Notes under the pieces: generated by a model
Database searches by the model: none
Seen by the model: the letters and a program-made list of their open reading frames with translations, nothing else
Told to the model about the DNA's origin: nothing
Program-made: the position numbers and the translations under genes
Source of the DNA: Spirochaetia bacterium
GTDB lineage: Bacteria > Spirochaetota > Spirochaetia > SZUA-6 > Bin103
DNA: 64,000 nucleotides
Assembly: GCA_965203905.1 (NCBI GenBank)
Contig: CBDBDQ010000003.1
Span: 31,707 to 95,706, forward strand
Direction of reading: 5' to 3'
In this document: positions 1 to 9,572 of the stretch, piece by piece
Layout of the letters: each line of letters starts with the position of its first letter
How positions within the stretch are numbered: position 1 is the first letter of the stretch

Positions 1-202
1 CTTGACTGGCCGGTCAAATCGATCACAGACGAGGCGTGAGCGAGGACGAACGGAAGGCCATCATTGAGAAGCTGCGGTCTCACCGGCATCGCGTCTAGGC
101 GGAGCAGAGCACCTGTTGCCGCCAATCGCGCAGGATCGAGGTGACCGCGATCTTCGGTGGCTGCCGCCCCAGGGCCTGATCGATAGTGAATGGGGGTTCC
201 CC

Positions 203-2557
203 TCACGGCTCGCTCGGTCGGGGCATGCGGTAGCCGACCCCGCGCTCGGTCAAGATATAGGTGGGCTTGGTGGGGACATCACCGAGCTTGCGACGCAGAG
301 TCTTCACGAGAGTGCGAACCCGCTCCGAGCTGCCTGAGTGGGGCAGGCGCCACACATGGCGCAGCAGGTCGTCGTAGGTCATCAGGCGCCCCGCGTTGAC
401 CGAGAGTACGCGCAGCAATTCGTATTCGGTCGCCGTCAGCAGTACCTCGCGATTCGCCACGGTCACGCGGCGTTCCAGGTAGTAGATGGAGAGCCCCTCC
501 AAGACGAACGGTTCGCCCGGTTCGGGTTCGGTGCGCCGGCGTAGCGCCGCGTTGATGCGCGCGGTGAGCTCGGTCGCCGAGAACGGCTTGACGATATAGT
601 CGGCGGCGCCGGTCTCCAGAGCCTTGGCGATAGTCTCGCCGCCTTCGTAGCCGGAGATGAAGATGACCGGCAGATCGGCCAGTTCGGGGAGCTGCTCCAT
701 CAGCTTGATCCCATCGGTCCCCGGCAGCACCAGGTCCAGTACGATCAACTGGGGCCGCTCGAGGCGGATGATGTGGGCCAACTCCTGATGGTCACCGGTG
801 ACGATCGGGTCGTAGCCCGCGGCGGAGAGTGCGTCGCGCACGTAGCGCAGCATCAGCGGATCGTCGTCTACCACGAGGATGCGTGTCGGCTCAGGTCCTT
901 CCCACGCGCGCGACCTGCTCGGGGCGAGCTCGCGCGCCGAGCCGGCGGCGGTGTCCGCCACAGGAATCGTGAAGGTGACCCGCATGCCCTGGCCCTCACC
1001 GGCGCTCTCGGCCCAGATGCGGCCACCGTGGGCTTCCACCAACCCCTTGCAGATGGCGAGTCCCAAGCCGGAGCTGCCGAGTCCGCGCTCCGCGTCCCCG
1101 ACACCGATGTGTTTCCGAAACAGCTGCGAAAGCCGCTCCTGCGGCATGCCCCTGCCTTGGTCGGAGACCGAAATCGCCACGTGCACCGCGTCCTGCACTG
1201 CGGCGACCCGGATCGGGGAGGAGGCTGGGGAATGCTGGGAGGCGTTGGAAAAGAGGTTGTTCAGGACCTGGACGATGCGGCGCCGGTCAGCCTTCACCTG
1301 AGGCAGATCCGGCGGCAGGTCAATGGAGACGGCGTGCCGGCCGCCGCCGCTGAGGAACGTGTTCCTCGCCTGGTCCACCAAGGCGGTCACCTCCGACGGC
1401 TCGGGGACGATTGTGATGGTGCCGGTGTCGATGCGACCCACATCGAGCAGGTCGGCGGTCAAGCCGCGCATGTGATCGGCCTGGTCGTCGACAATGCGGA
1501 AGAACTGCAGGACTTCGGCCCATTCCAGGGGCTGAGTGGCGCCCAGGACGGTGGCGGCTGATCCCTTGATGGAGGTCAGCGGCGCGCGCAGTTCATGGCT
1601 CACCATACTCAGGAATTGGGCACGCGAGCGCTCCATCTCTTCGAGCGGCGCCAGATCCTGCACCGTGACGACCAACGACTCGACAGCGCCATCGGCGGAG
1701 TGGATCGGCGTCGCGTTGACCAGCGTGGTAACGCTGCGGCCGTCGGGGACCGAGAGCACGAATTCCTCTGCGCGTACCTTGGCGGCGGTGATCAGCTCCG
1801 AGGTCAGGAGTCGGTCCAGCGTAATCTCGCTGCCATCGGCGCGGCGCCAGGTGATCACGTGCAACAGCTCTGCCGGAGACTGACCCGGGCCGCACAGGAC
1901 TTTGACAATCCGCTGCGCCTCGCGATTGATGGAGGTCAAGGTTCCCGTCTTGGCATCGAAGACCGCGACGCCGACTGGGGAGGTGTCGATCAGTGCCTCG
2001 AGCTTGGTCCGCGCGCGCAGCTCGTTGCGGTAGGTGCGAGCGTTGGCGACTGCGGCGGCTGCCTGCGAAGCGAACAGGACGAGGACTTCCACGTCCTCGT
2101 TGGTGAACTTGCGCCCGCCTTCCTTGTCGGTGAGGTAGAAGCTGCCGACATGCACACCCCGATGGCGCATCGCGGTACCCACAATGCTCTTCCAGTGCAC
2201 CAGATCTGCGGAGAAACCAAGCCCGCGCACGAAAGCGGACAGGTCGCTGAGTTGGAAGGGTGAGGGAAGGTCACGGATATGCTCGAACAGGCGTGGCCCG
2301 TCAGGCCAGGCCTCGAGCTGCCGGTGGTCGTCGGCGGAGATGCCCGAGCTGACGAAGTCCAGGGGCTGTCCGGCGTCGTCGATTGTCGCGATGACGCCGA
2401 TGCGGGCGCGGGTGAGCGCGCGGGCTCCGGCTACCACTTCGCGCAGCACAGTGTCGAGGTCGAGGCTGTCGCTGATGCGCAGAATTGCCGCGCTCAGGGC
2501 GGAGATGCGCTCGTGCAGCGCGTTGTTGCCTTGCTCACAGTCGTCAGGGCTCTGCAT
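203..2557 (-). CDS. Hybrid sensor histidine kinase fused to a receiver and an OmpR-type winged-helix output domain (GAF-PAS-HisKA-HATPase-REC-wHTH)
   Basis: 784-aa ORF. H-box SHELRAPLTSIKG. ATP-lid motifs NLFSNASQHS, DQGRGMP and GLGLAICKGLVEAHGG. Receiver ILVVDDD...IVLDLVLPGTDG...IVKPF. C-terminal LTATEYELLRVL...LVKTLRRKLGD...GVGYRM. Confidence 0.85.
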   Translation of the reverse strand: MQSPDDCEQGNNALHERISALSAAILRISDSLDLDTVLREVVAGARALTRARIGVIATIDDAGQPLDFVSSGISADDHRQLEAWPDGPRLFEHIRDLPSPFQLSDLSAFVRGLGFSADLVHWKSIVGTAMRHRGVHVGSFYLTDKEGGRKFTNEDVEVLVLFASQAAAAVANARTYRNELRARTKLEALIDTSPVGVAVFDAKTGTLTSINREAQRIVKVLCGPGQSPAELLHVITWRRADGSEITLDRLLTSELITAAKVRAEEFVLSVPDGRSVTTLVNATPIHSADGAVESLVVTVQDLAPLEEMERSRAQFLSMVSHELRAPLTSIKGSAATVLGATQPLEWAEVLQFFRIVDDQADHMRGLTADLLDVGRIDTGTITIVPEPSEVTALVDQARNTFLSGGGRHAVSIDLPPDLPQVKADRRRIVQVLNNLFSNASQHSPASSPIRVAAVQDAVHVAISVSDQGRGMPQERLSQLFRKHIGVGDAERGLGSSGLGLAICKGLVEAHGGRIWAESAGEGQGMRVTFTIPVADTAAGSARELAPSRSRAWEGPEPTRILVVDDDPLMLRYVRDALSAAGYDPIVTGDHQELAHIIRLERPQLIVLDLVLPGTDGIKLMEQLPELADLPVIFISGYEGGETIAKALETGAADYIVKPFSATELTARINAALRRRTEPEPGEPFVLEGLSIYYLERRVTVANREVLLTATEYELLRVLSVNAGRLMTYDDLLRHVWRLPHSGSSERVRTLVKTLRRKLGDVPTKPTYILTERGVGYRMPRPSEP

Positions 2558-2920
2558 CGCTGGTCATCCTCCGGACAGGCCTTCGAAGCGGCAGTTTACT
2601 GAACATATCACGGAAAATCACGAACTATAGCCCACTTCATCATACTGATCTCACAATAGCCCATCTATAATTCGCTCGGCGAACTGTCGTCAAGAGGCGC
2701 CCCAGGTCAAAAGGGGTCTAACGGGGGATGGTGCAACCGTTTCACAAAGGCGATTCGGGGTCCGCCTAATCGACCCTTGTGGACGACCACGCTTCAGCGC
2801 ATCGAGGAGAGACTGGACAACTGATGCCAGCAGTCGCGCCGAGTTGGACCGGGAGACGAAACCGGTGATGGCCGCTACGCCGGCTACCGACCCGCGGCTG
2901 ACCGTGAAGGCCGGTGACAC

Positions 2921-4945
2921 GTGCTGCGATTAGCTGAAGAGCTGTTGCTCTTGCTGTTGGACGAGAAGACCGGCGACTTCTCCGATGTCCCGGACCGGAT
3001 CCTTGGATACGCCCTGGCCGGGGCGGCGCTGATGGATCTGTCCCTTGAAGGTAGGATCGACACCGACCCGAGCGCCCTCATCCTGCTGGATTCCACCCCT
3101 ACCGGCGATGACCTGCTGGATCCGATTCTGGCCGACATCGATGCCGTCGTGGCGGCGCACCCGAACCTGCCGGCCGACTTCTGGGTGCGCCGGGTTGCCG
3201 GGAACGCCGACCAACTGCAAACCAGAGCGCTGGCCCGGCTGGTGCAGCGCGGGATCCTGGACACCGACGATGGCGGTGGCATCTTCTCTCTGACACCCCG
3301 AGTGTCGCGCACCCGGCGCTATCCCGTTGTCGATGAGGAACAGGAGCGGGAGATCCGCGACCGGATCATGGGCGTCCTGTTCACCGAGGATGTTCCGACG
3401 CCGGAGGAAGTGTGCATCGTCAGCCTCGCCCACGCCTGCGGCGCCTTCGAGCGGATTCTCACCCCCTCCGAGTACGCAGAGTTGCAGGAGCGAATCACGT
3501 TAGTGGCGCGGCTGGACCTGATTGGGCAGTCGGTGACCGGCGCGGTTCGCAAGGTAAGCGTCGCCTACCGGGAGGAGCTGCGCCAGCGGATCCGGCGCGC
3601 CGGTGGCGGCTGGCCGGTGGCCTCAGGCCGACTGCCCGTGCTGGGCCATGCGCTGCAGCTCATGGGGAACCTGCGTGCTTACCTGACCGAGCAGTACCGG
3701 CGCCACGGGCCGATCTTCGAGGTCCAGGCGCCGGGCCGTAGGCTGCTTGTTCTGGCGGGTCGGGAAGCCAACGTGTTCATGGTACGGGAGGGCAAGACGC
3801 ACCTGCGCTCCTGGGAGCAGTGGTCCGGATTCGCCCACGAGGTGGGTACGCCCCGCGTGGTCACCGGGCTGGACGGAGCGGACCACTTCCAGCTTCGGCG
3901 TGCGCTGAAGAATGGCTACTCGCGCAGGTTCTTCCAGTCCCAGATTCCCCTTGCCGTCGCCGCGATGGACCTGGAGCTCGAGGAATGGGCACCGGGTCAG
4001 GCGATTCCGGGCCAGGCTCTGATGCGGCGGGTGACCACCGACCAGATCTGCCGTCTGGCCGCCGGCACTTCGGCCCGTGAGCACCTCGACGATGCGTACC
4101 GGTTCATGAGTGCCCTGAGCCGGGTGTACATCTTCCAGAAGGCCCCCCGGCTGCTGATGCGCCTGCCCGCGGTGCGGCGCTCGCGGCAGCGTCTGGAGAC
4201 GGTCTTCGAACAGATACTGGCGGCCCATGAGCCGGAGCTGCGGGTGGGGTGCGACCGCAACCTGATAGATGACCTGATGGAGCTGCACCGCTCGTCAGCG
4301 GAGTTCATGGGCGGCGGCGATTTGTTCATCAACGTCATGGGTCCGTTCCTGTTGGGGTTGGACACCGTGGCCAGCAGTTCCGCCTTCCTGCTCTATGAGG
4401 TCTTGAAGGATCCGGCCCTGACCGCGCGGGTGCGTGCCGAGGCCGATGCACTGTTCGCCAACGGTCTGCCCACGCGGGAAGGTCTGCAGGCGATGGAGAC
4501 CACCAGGCGGGCGATGCTGGAGACCCTGCGCATGTACCCGATAGCGCCGGTGCTGGTGCGCACGGCGACCAATTCCTTCGACTTTCGCGGCTACCACGTG
4601 CCCGCCGGCAGCATGCTGTTGATGGCGCTCTCGGTGACCCACTACCTGGAAGAGTTCTTTGCCGACCCGGACCGGTTTGACGTCGACCGCTTCTCGCCGG
4701 AGCGGGCGGAGGGCTCCGGGCCCAGTGTGTTTGCCCCGTTCGGCCTCGGGCGCCACGCCTGCCTGGGACAGGGCTTCGCCCAGGAACAGATGGTGCTCAA
4801 CCTGGCGACGCTGCTGCACCGGGCGGAACTGGCGCTGGATCCGCCCGGCTACCGGATCAGGATTGACCACTCGCTGGCACCGAAACCGGCCCGCAACTTC
4901 AAGGTCGAGTTGCTGCGCTGGCGAAGGGGGCAGCGCTTGTCCTGA
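2921..4945 (+). CDS. GPP34/GOLPH3-like N-terminal domain fused to cytochrome P450
   Basis: 674-aa ORF. The first ~210 aa (LLLLLLDEKTGDF...GYALAGAALMDL...LARLVQRGIL) fit the GPP34 pattern. The rest is P450: I-helix LLGLDTVASS, ExxR ETLRMYP, Cys-ligand loop FAPFGLGRHACLGQGFA. The stop overlaps the next start (ATGA at 4942-4945). Confidence 0.85.
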   Translation: MLRLAEELLLLLLDEKTGDFSDVPDRILGYALAGAALMDLSLEGRIDTDPSALILLDSTPTGDDLLDPILADIDAVVAAHPNLPADFWVRRVAGNADQLQTRALARLVQRGILDTDDGGGIFSLTPRVSRTRRYPVVDEEQEREIRDRIMGVLFTEDVPTPEEVCIVSLAHACGAFERILTPSEYAELQERITLVARLDLIGQSVTGAVRKVSVAYREELRQRIRRAGGGWPVASGRLPVLGHALQLMGNLRAYLTEQYRRHGPIFEVQAPGRRLLVLAGREANVFMVREGKTHLRSWEQWSGFAHEVGTPRVVTGLDGADHFQLRRALKNGYSRRFFQSQIPLAVAAMDLELEEWAPGQAIPGQALMRRVTTDQICRLAAGTSAREHLDDAYRFMSALSRVYIFQKAPRLLMRLPAVRRSRQRLETVFEQILAAHEPELRVGCDRNLIDDLMELHRSSAEFMGGGDLFINVMGPFLLGLDTVASSSAFLLYEVLKDPALTARVRAEADALFANGLPTREGLQAMETTRRAMLETLRMYPIAPVLVRTATNSFDFRGYHVPAGSMLLMALSVTHYLEEFFADPDRFDVDRFSPERAEGSGPSVFAPFGLGRHACLGQGFAQEQMVLNLATLLHRAELALDPPGYRIRIDHSLAPKPARNFKVELLRWRRGQRLS

Positions 4946-6092
4946 TGGCAAAGCGGTCGAGATCCCCCAGGTACTACGATCTGGACGCCCTGCGCGCCGT
5001 CGCGATGATGCTGGGCATCCTGCTGCACGCATCCCTATTCGTGCTGCCGGAACCCGTGTTCCTGTGGCCGCTCCACGACGCCGGCGCCGCCGGCAACCGG
5101 GTCTACCGCCATCTCATCGACCTGATCCACGGGTTTCGCATGCCGGTGTTCTTTCTCCTCAGCGGTTTCTTCAGCGCTCTGCTGTGGCAGCGCCGCGGCC
5201 TACGGGCGCTGTGGAAGCAGCGGCTGCAGCGCGTCGGACTTCCCTTCGTCGCGGCCTGCTTGATCGTCCTTCCGGCCAGCGTCGGCATGCTGTCGCTGGC
5301 GGCCGGCCGGCAGGAACCGTACGACTTTCCGATCTGGGCGCTGCCACTGATATGGGTCGAAACCCTGGGCCATCTGTGGTTCCTGTGGTATCTGATGCTG
5401 CTGCTGGGCTGCATGACGGTGGCGGTGCGGCTCGGTGTCCGGTTCGAGCACCGCTACGCCTGGTGGCTGGCCGTTCCACTCTCTGCCGGGGTTACGCTGT
5501 TCATGAACGAGCCGGTGTGGGGGGCGGACACCGCGGTAACATTGCTGCCGGAGTTGCCTCTGCTGGGCTATTACTTCTGCTTCTTTGCCCTGGGCCTCGT
5601 GTTCTACCAGCGGAAGACCGCAGTCCGCGCCTGGTGGACGGTGGCCCTGATTCCGGCGATCCCGGTGTTGTGTACCTGTTCGGAATCAGCCTGCTGCAGC
5701 AGTACCAGGGCGAGGTGCCGGTAGCCGAGATAGCTACCCAGGCTCTGTTCAGAGACCCGCTCACCCTGCAGGCGGCTTTCTTCGAAGTAGGCTTTGCGTG
5801 GCTGATGGTGTTCGGCACGATGGGCTTGTTCCGGTGGGTTGCCTCACGCGAAAGCCAAGTGTCCCGGTACCTGTCGGATGCCTCGTACTGGATGTATCTG
5901 TCGCATCTGCCCCTGGTGGTGCTGATGCAGTGGCTGGTCGTGGACTGGCCGCTCCACTACCATCTGAAGTTTCTCCTGGTGTGCTGCTCGGTGACGGTAC
6001 TGGTGCTGGCAAGTTACCAGTGGTGCGTGCGCTACACATTCATTGGCAGAGCCCTCAACGGCCCGCGGTCGCGGCGGGTCACCAATGCGTAG
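4945..6092 (+). pseudogene. Acyltransferase-3 family integral membrane protein interrupted by a frameshift near 5660-5675
   Basis: The N-terminal part lies in the frame of ORF 4945..5724 (YYDLDALRAVAMMLGILLHA, multiple TM segments). The C-terminal ~140 aa continue in the frame of ORF 4659..6092 (VYLFGISLL...YWMYLSHLPLVVLMQWLV). Joining them needs a 1-nt frame change. Confidence 0.7.
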
Positions 6093-6239
6093 CCGCGTGG
6101 CAGAGCTGGTCGACCGTCGCGGCGGCACCGAGCTCCTGGAGTTGCCGGAGTGAGCGACGTCGAGGGCTGGGCCGACGCAACCAGCGCCGGATATGTGTGA
6201 CCATCTACGAGAGCGGAATAGTCAACTACACGATGTTCT

Positions 6240-6599
6240 GTGGGCCAAAAAATAGATGGTGACGGTCCCGTGATGGGATTGACGTGTGCACCAGAAAACA
6301 CCTACTTAGCTTCCATATCGCCTGAACGGGATTTCCAATTCGACGTTTCGCAAACCACTGTGTCATTTGATCCCAGCCTTCACCCACACGATGAAGTCCC
6401 CGGCGTTTGGAGAACTCTGGACAATGCTGCTTTCACATTCGACTACAACACCGTCGACCAGCTCGTAAGACTCCTACAAACAAGCCGTCAAGGATTTATG
6501 GCTTGGAAAGTGGAAGATGGTCCGTGGACGGATTCTCGTCATCCTTGGCGACCCACCATGTTCGGCATGGATGCAAGACGATTCGCGATTCCTCGCTAG
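6240..6599 (+). CDS. Hypothetical protein (first ORF of a low-GC insert)
   Basis: 119-aa ORF in a block of clearly lower G+C than its flanks. No motif recognised. Confidence 0.35.
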   Translation: MGQKIDGDGPVMGLTCAPENTYLASISPERDFQFDVSQTTVSFDPSLHPHDEVPGVWRTLDNAAFTFDYNTVDQLVRLLQTSRQGFMAWKVEDGPWTDSRHPWRPTMFGMDARRFAIPR

Positions 6600-6632
6600 C
6601 TTCAACTATGTTCGAGGATTGGATAAAAAACT

Positions 6633-6848
6633 ATGAGTGAAAAACCTGATATGGCCTTTGCAGCGATTATGACCGGTTTGTCTTTCGCGATTCAGAATCT
6701 TGACCCTCAAGCTGCACAAGTGTTTCTTGTACAATTTGAAACATCTTGCCTATCACCTGAGGTCCGGGCAAAGACCAACCTGACAAGTCTTTACGAAGCC
6801 AAAATTCGGCGATTCTTTCAACATTTGCATCAGTCGTTGAACGCATAG
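6633..6848 (+). CDS. Hypothetical small protein (low-GC insert)
   Basis: 71-aa ORF, co-directional with its neighbours, 33 nt after the previous stop. Confidence 0.3.
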   Translation: MSEKPDMAFAAIMTGLSFAIQNLDPQAAQVFLVQFETSCLSPEVRAKTNLTSLYEAKIRRFFQHLHQSLNA

Positions 6849-6929
6849 GACACCTCCACAGTCCCCCTCGTAAGGGTTGGGATTGACCGGTTGGGAATAA
6901 ATGAGTATATTCCGAATTGGAGGGATGTT

Positions 6930-7400
6930 ATGAGAAACGTCTTAGCTGCGATCCTAATGATCGCAGCCGTTACGTGGCTTGGAGCGCAAGAGCTTGAAGT
7001 AATACCTACCGATACGGTCAACTATGCAGGGTTGTGGATAAACAATTCTGATTCCATCGTGTTGTATCTCGACACGGACGGAACCTACTTCAAGTTGACA
7101 CTTGGCGGCTCGGAAGAACAGAAGGAAACCGGACAGTGGGGAGGAACAATTACAATCTCACCTCGACTCGGCGCAGTTGGAAACTCTCTGATTTTAGAGC
7201 CAGACGAGGGTGATACTCAAGAATTGATACTTTGGCCACTCAGTGAAACTTTGTGCGATTTTCGCGCAGGGTTTGTGTGCTACAAACCTCACGCTTTTTT
7301 CAAACCTGAACCATCCCCACCAGAGTGCGATGCTGACACAGACACTGAGGACTGTCCTCCACCACAACCAAAGAAACCGGAAGACGACAAACCAGGTTAG
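6930..7400 (+). CDS. Secreted hypothetical protein with an acidic Pro/Cys-rich tail
   Basis: ATG at 6930 is preceded by GGAGGG. Signal-peptide-like MRNVLAAILMIAAVTWLGAQE. C-terminal PEPSPPECDADTDTEDCPPPQPKKPEDDKPG. Confidence 0.45.
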   Translation: MRNVLAAILMIAAVTWLGAQELEVIPTDTVNYAGLWINNSDSIVLYLDTDGTYFKLTLGGSEEQKETGQWGGTITISPRLGAVGNSLILEPDEGDTQELILWPLSETLCDFRAGFVCYKPHAFFKPEPSPPECDADTDTEDCPPPQPKKPEDDKPG

Positions 7401-7406
7401 TTAGGT

Positions 7407-7912
7407 ATGTTATCGCCCATCGAGTTGATGGAGTCCGTCCCCGAGCTGGCCGATATTCCAGTGAAATCGTTCTCTCCGCCTACGGACGGGACGAGACGAT
7501 AGCCAGTGCCCTGGACGCGGGCGCCGCGGACTACATCGTCAAGCCGTTCTCGTCGACCGAGCTGACGGCGAGAGTCCGCGCGGCACTGCGTAAGCGGAAC
7601 AGACCTGACCCCTTCCTGGTAGCGGACCTGGCAATCGACTACGGGAAGCACCGCGTGACGGTCGGCGGCAAGCCGGTGCGGCTGACCGTGACTGAATACG
7701 AGTTGCTGCGCTTGCTCTCGATCAACGCGGGACGGGTAATGACTTACGAATCACTGTTGAGACCGATCTGGGGAGAGCGGGAGGAGTCAGTGCCGGTGCG
7801 CACTTTCGTGAAGAAGCTGCGCCGCAAGCTCGGCGACGACCCGGCCAGCCCGACCTACATCTTCAACGAGCGTGGGGTCGGCTACCGCATGGCTGCACCG
7901 GGCGAGGTGTGA
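7407..7912 (+). pseudogene. 5'-truncated and frameshifted OmpR-family response regulator remnant
   Basis: IELMESVPELADIPV, then a frame change at the A-run near 7462, then IVLSAYGRDETIASALDAGAADYIVKPFSSTELTARVRAALRKR and an intact wHTH (LTVTEYELLRLL...GVGYRM, ORF 7655..7912). The first ~75 aa of the receiver, including the phospho-Asp, are missing. The break coincides with the right edge of the low-GC block. Confidence 0.75.
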
Positions 7913-8476
7913 GATCGCTCATCCTCGGGACGGCCGGGCTGGTACCGCGCGGTTGGCCTACCAGGAGGGAGAGGCGGACCGCTTCTCAGACGAGCCCCTT
8001 CACCACCTCGGCTGCACTCAACAGCGTTGCGGCCAACTTCGTGGCCGCAACGGTCCTGATCCGGTGGAAGTCCAGTCTGCCCCTCTGGCGCGGGTACACC
8101 ATGCGGGCTCTGCCACCGGGGACCTCATCCCTGTGCTGATGTTCCCTTCTTGAAGGCTCCGGGTCCCCGGAGGCTCGGGCGGTGGTGGTGGCGGCCGGCC
8201 CGTCAGTTCTTCGCACCCGGGGAGCGCATGGAGAACCACTGCCGAATGCCAGGGGCGCACCGCTACCCAAATCGAAGCACCATCTTCAACTCCAGCAGAA
8301 GCTTGAACGGCCCTCCCAGGCGGCCGCGGCGCGGTCCAGATCGACGCCCCCCGCCTTTGCATGCGTAGAAACGGCCTCCGGTTCGCCGAATGCACGTTGC
8401 CCTCCTTCCATCATCACAAAAAATCACGCGCAGGACGAAAAAACTCACTGTAACGACACTCTCTAACGTCGACGTA

Positions 8477-9535
8477 ATGAGTTCCGGTCCTCATTCTTCG
8501 CATATGCCCGAACCTCATCAGCAGAGACAACTGCCCGCCAGCTCGATGCCCGGCCTGATGATGGGAGCGGTGGTCATCTTCACGATTGTGGTATTCGGGG
8601 CCTGCACCTTGGAACAGGGGCCGGAAGGCGAGCCGCTGAACTGGGCTACCGTAGTAGCAGATGCCAACCTGGCCGACTCCGTCTACGCCATCGGGGTCGA
8701 AGTTGCCGGCGCCGGCTTTGCCGAAGAGGATGCAGCAGAGGACCCGGGACGGTTCGGGTTCATCTTTATCGGCACCGGGTTCGCCGCCCACTACCCCGAT
8801 ACCATTTGGACCAACGCCCATGTAGCGGAGGCCGTACGTGAAGCCATGGGGGTTGTCGTAGACGACGCCGGCAACGTAGCCGTTACCGCAGTCCCGGTCG
8901 CCGTGCGGTCCGGCACCGCTATCGGTGGTGCTCACACGCACCGGCTGAACATGGATACGGCCCGGATCCACCCGGAGTACGATCCGGAGCTTCTCCATTC
9001 TCCCGACCTTGCCGTGTTCCACCTTGATGACGGGTCATTCCGGGACGTGCCATCGTTTCTCCCCCGAGAGCTCGCCACCGGGCTGCAGGCAGGGCAGCCG
9101 GTCGGTACCTTGGGGTTCCCCGGTGAGATAACGGCTCTCGAAGCGGCACCGATTGCCACCTTCAAGGATGGCACCATCAGTGCGTTGCGGCCGTACGACT
9201 TTGAGGAGATCGAAGTTACGCCGGAGAACAGTAAGCTGGTTCAGTTCAACCTGGGCCAGACCGGGGGAACCAGCGGCAGCCCGGTGTTCGACCACGAAGG
9301 CTTCATCGTAGCGGTGTCCTGTTGCGGCGTCGGAGTTGTCGTGGTTGATGAGGAAGGCTTCCCGGTTGTGATCCCCATCGGCGATCTCGATTTCGGTATC
9401 CGCGTTGATGAGGTGTGGACGTTGATCGACCTCATCGAGGCTGGCGGCGCGGCGGCGGCAGCCGGTACCAGGGACTATCCGCACGCCAGCTACCGCGCTT
9501 ACCCAAAGGACTGGAACAGCCAGACGAGGTTCTGA
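8477..9535 (+). CDS. Trypsin-like (chymotrypsin-fold) serine protease, probably membrane-anchored or a lipoprotein
   Basis: Catalytic triad contexts TNAHVAE (His), DLAVFHLDD (Asp) and GQTGGTSGSPVFD (Ser). N-terminal hydrophobic segment MMGAVVIFTIVVFGAC. The ORF is open from 8390; ATG 8477 chosen. Confidence 0.8.
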   Translation: MSSGPHSSHMPEPHQQRQLPASSMPGLMMGAVVIFTIVVFGACTLEQGPEGEPLNWATVVADANLADSVYAIGVEVAGAGFAEEDAAEDPGRFGFIFIGTGFAAHYPDTIWTNAHVAEAVREAMGVVVDDAGNVAVTAVPVAVRSGTAIGGAHTHRLNMDTARIHPEYDPELLHSPDLAVFHLDDGSFRDVPSFLPRELATGLQAGQPVGTLGFPGEITALEAAPIATFKDGTISALRPYDFEEIEVTPENSKLVQFNLGQTGGTSGSPVFDHEGFIVAVSCCGVGVVVVDEEGFPVVIPIGDLDFGIRVDEVWTLIDLIEAGGAAAAAGTRDYPHASYRAYPKDWNSQTRF

Positions 9536-9572
9536 TAACGGGCGCGCAAAGGCGAGTGCTCCGCGTCGCTGC

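Noticed and set aside
773-2630. Long plus-strand ORFs (773..1561, 1595..2263, 2184..2630) opposite the sensor kinase gene
   Set aside because: They are antisense shadows typical of high-G+C DNA. They are Arg/Gly/Ala-rich with no motifs, and they lie fully inside a gene with strong domain evidence.
4659-6092. The 477-aa ORF 4659..6092 as a single gene
   Set aside because: Its first ~330 aa overlap the P450 3' end and the acyltransferase 5' part in a shadow frame (Arg/Pro-rich). Only the last ~140 aa look genuine, as the acyltransferase C-terminus.
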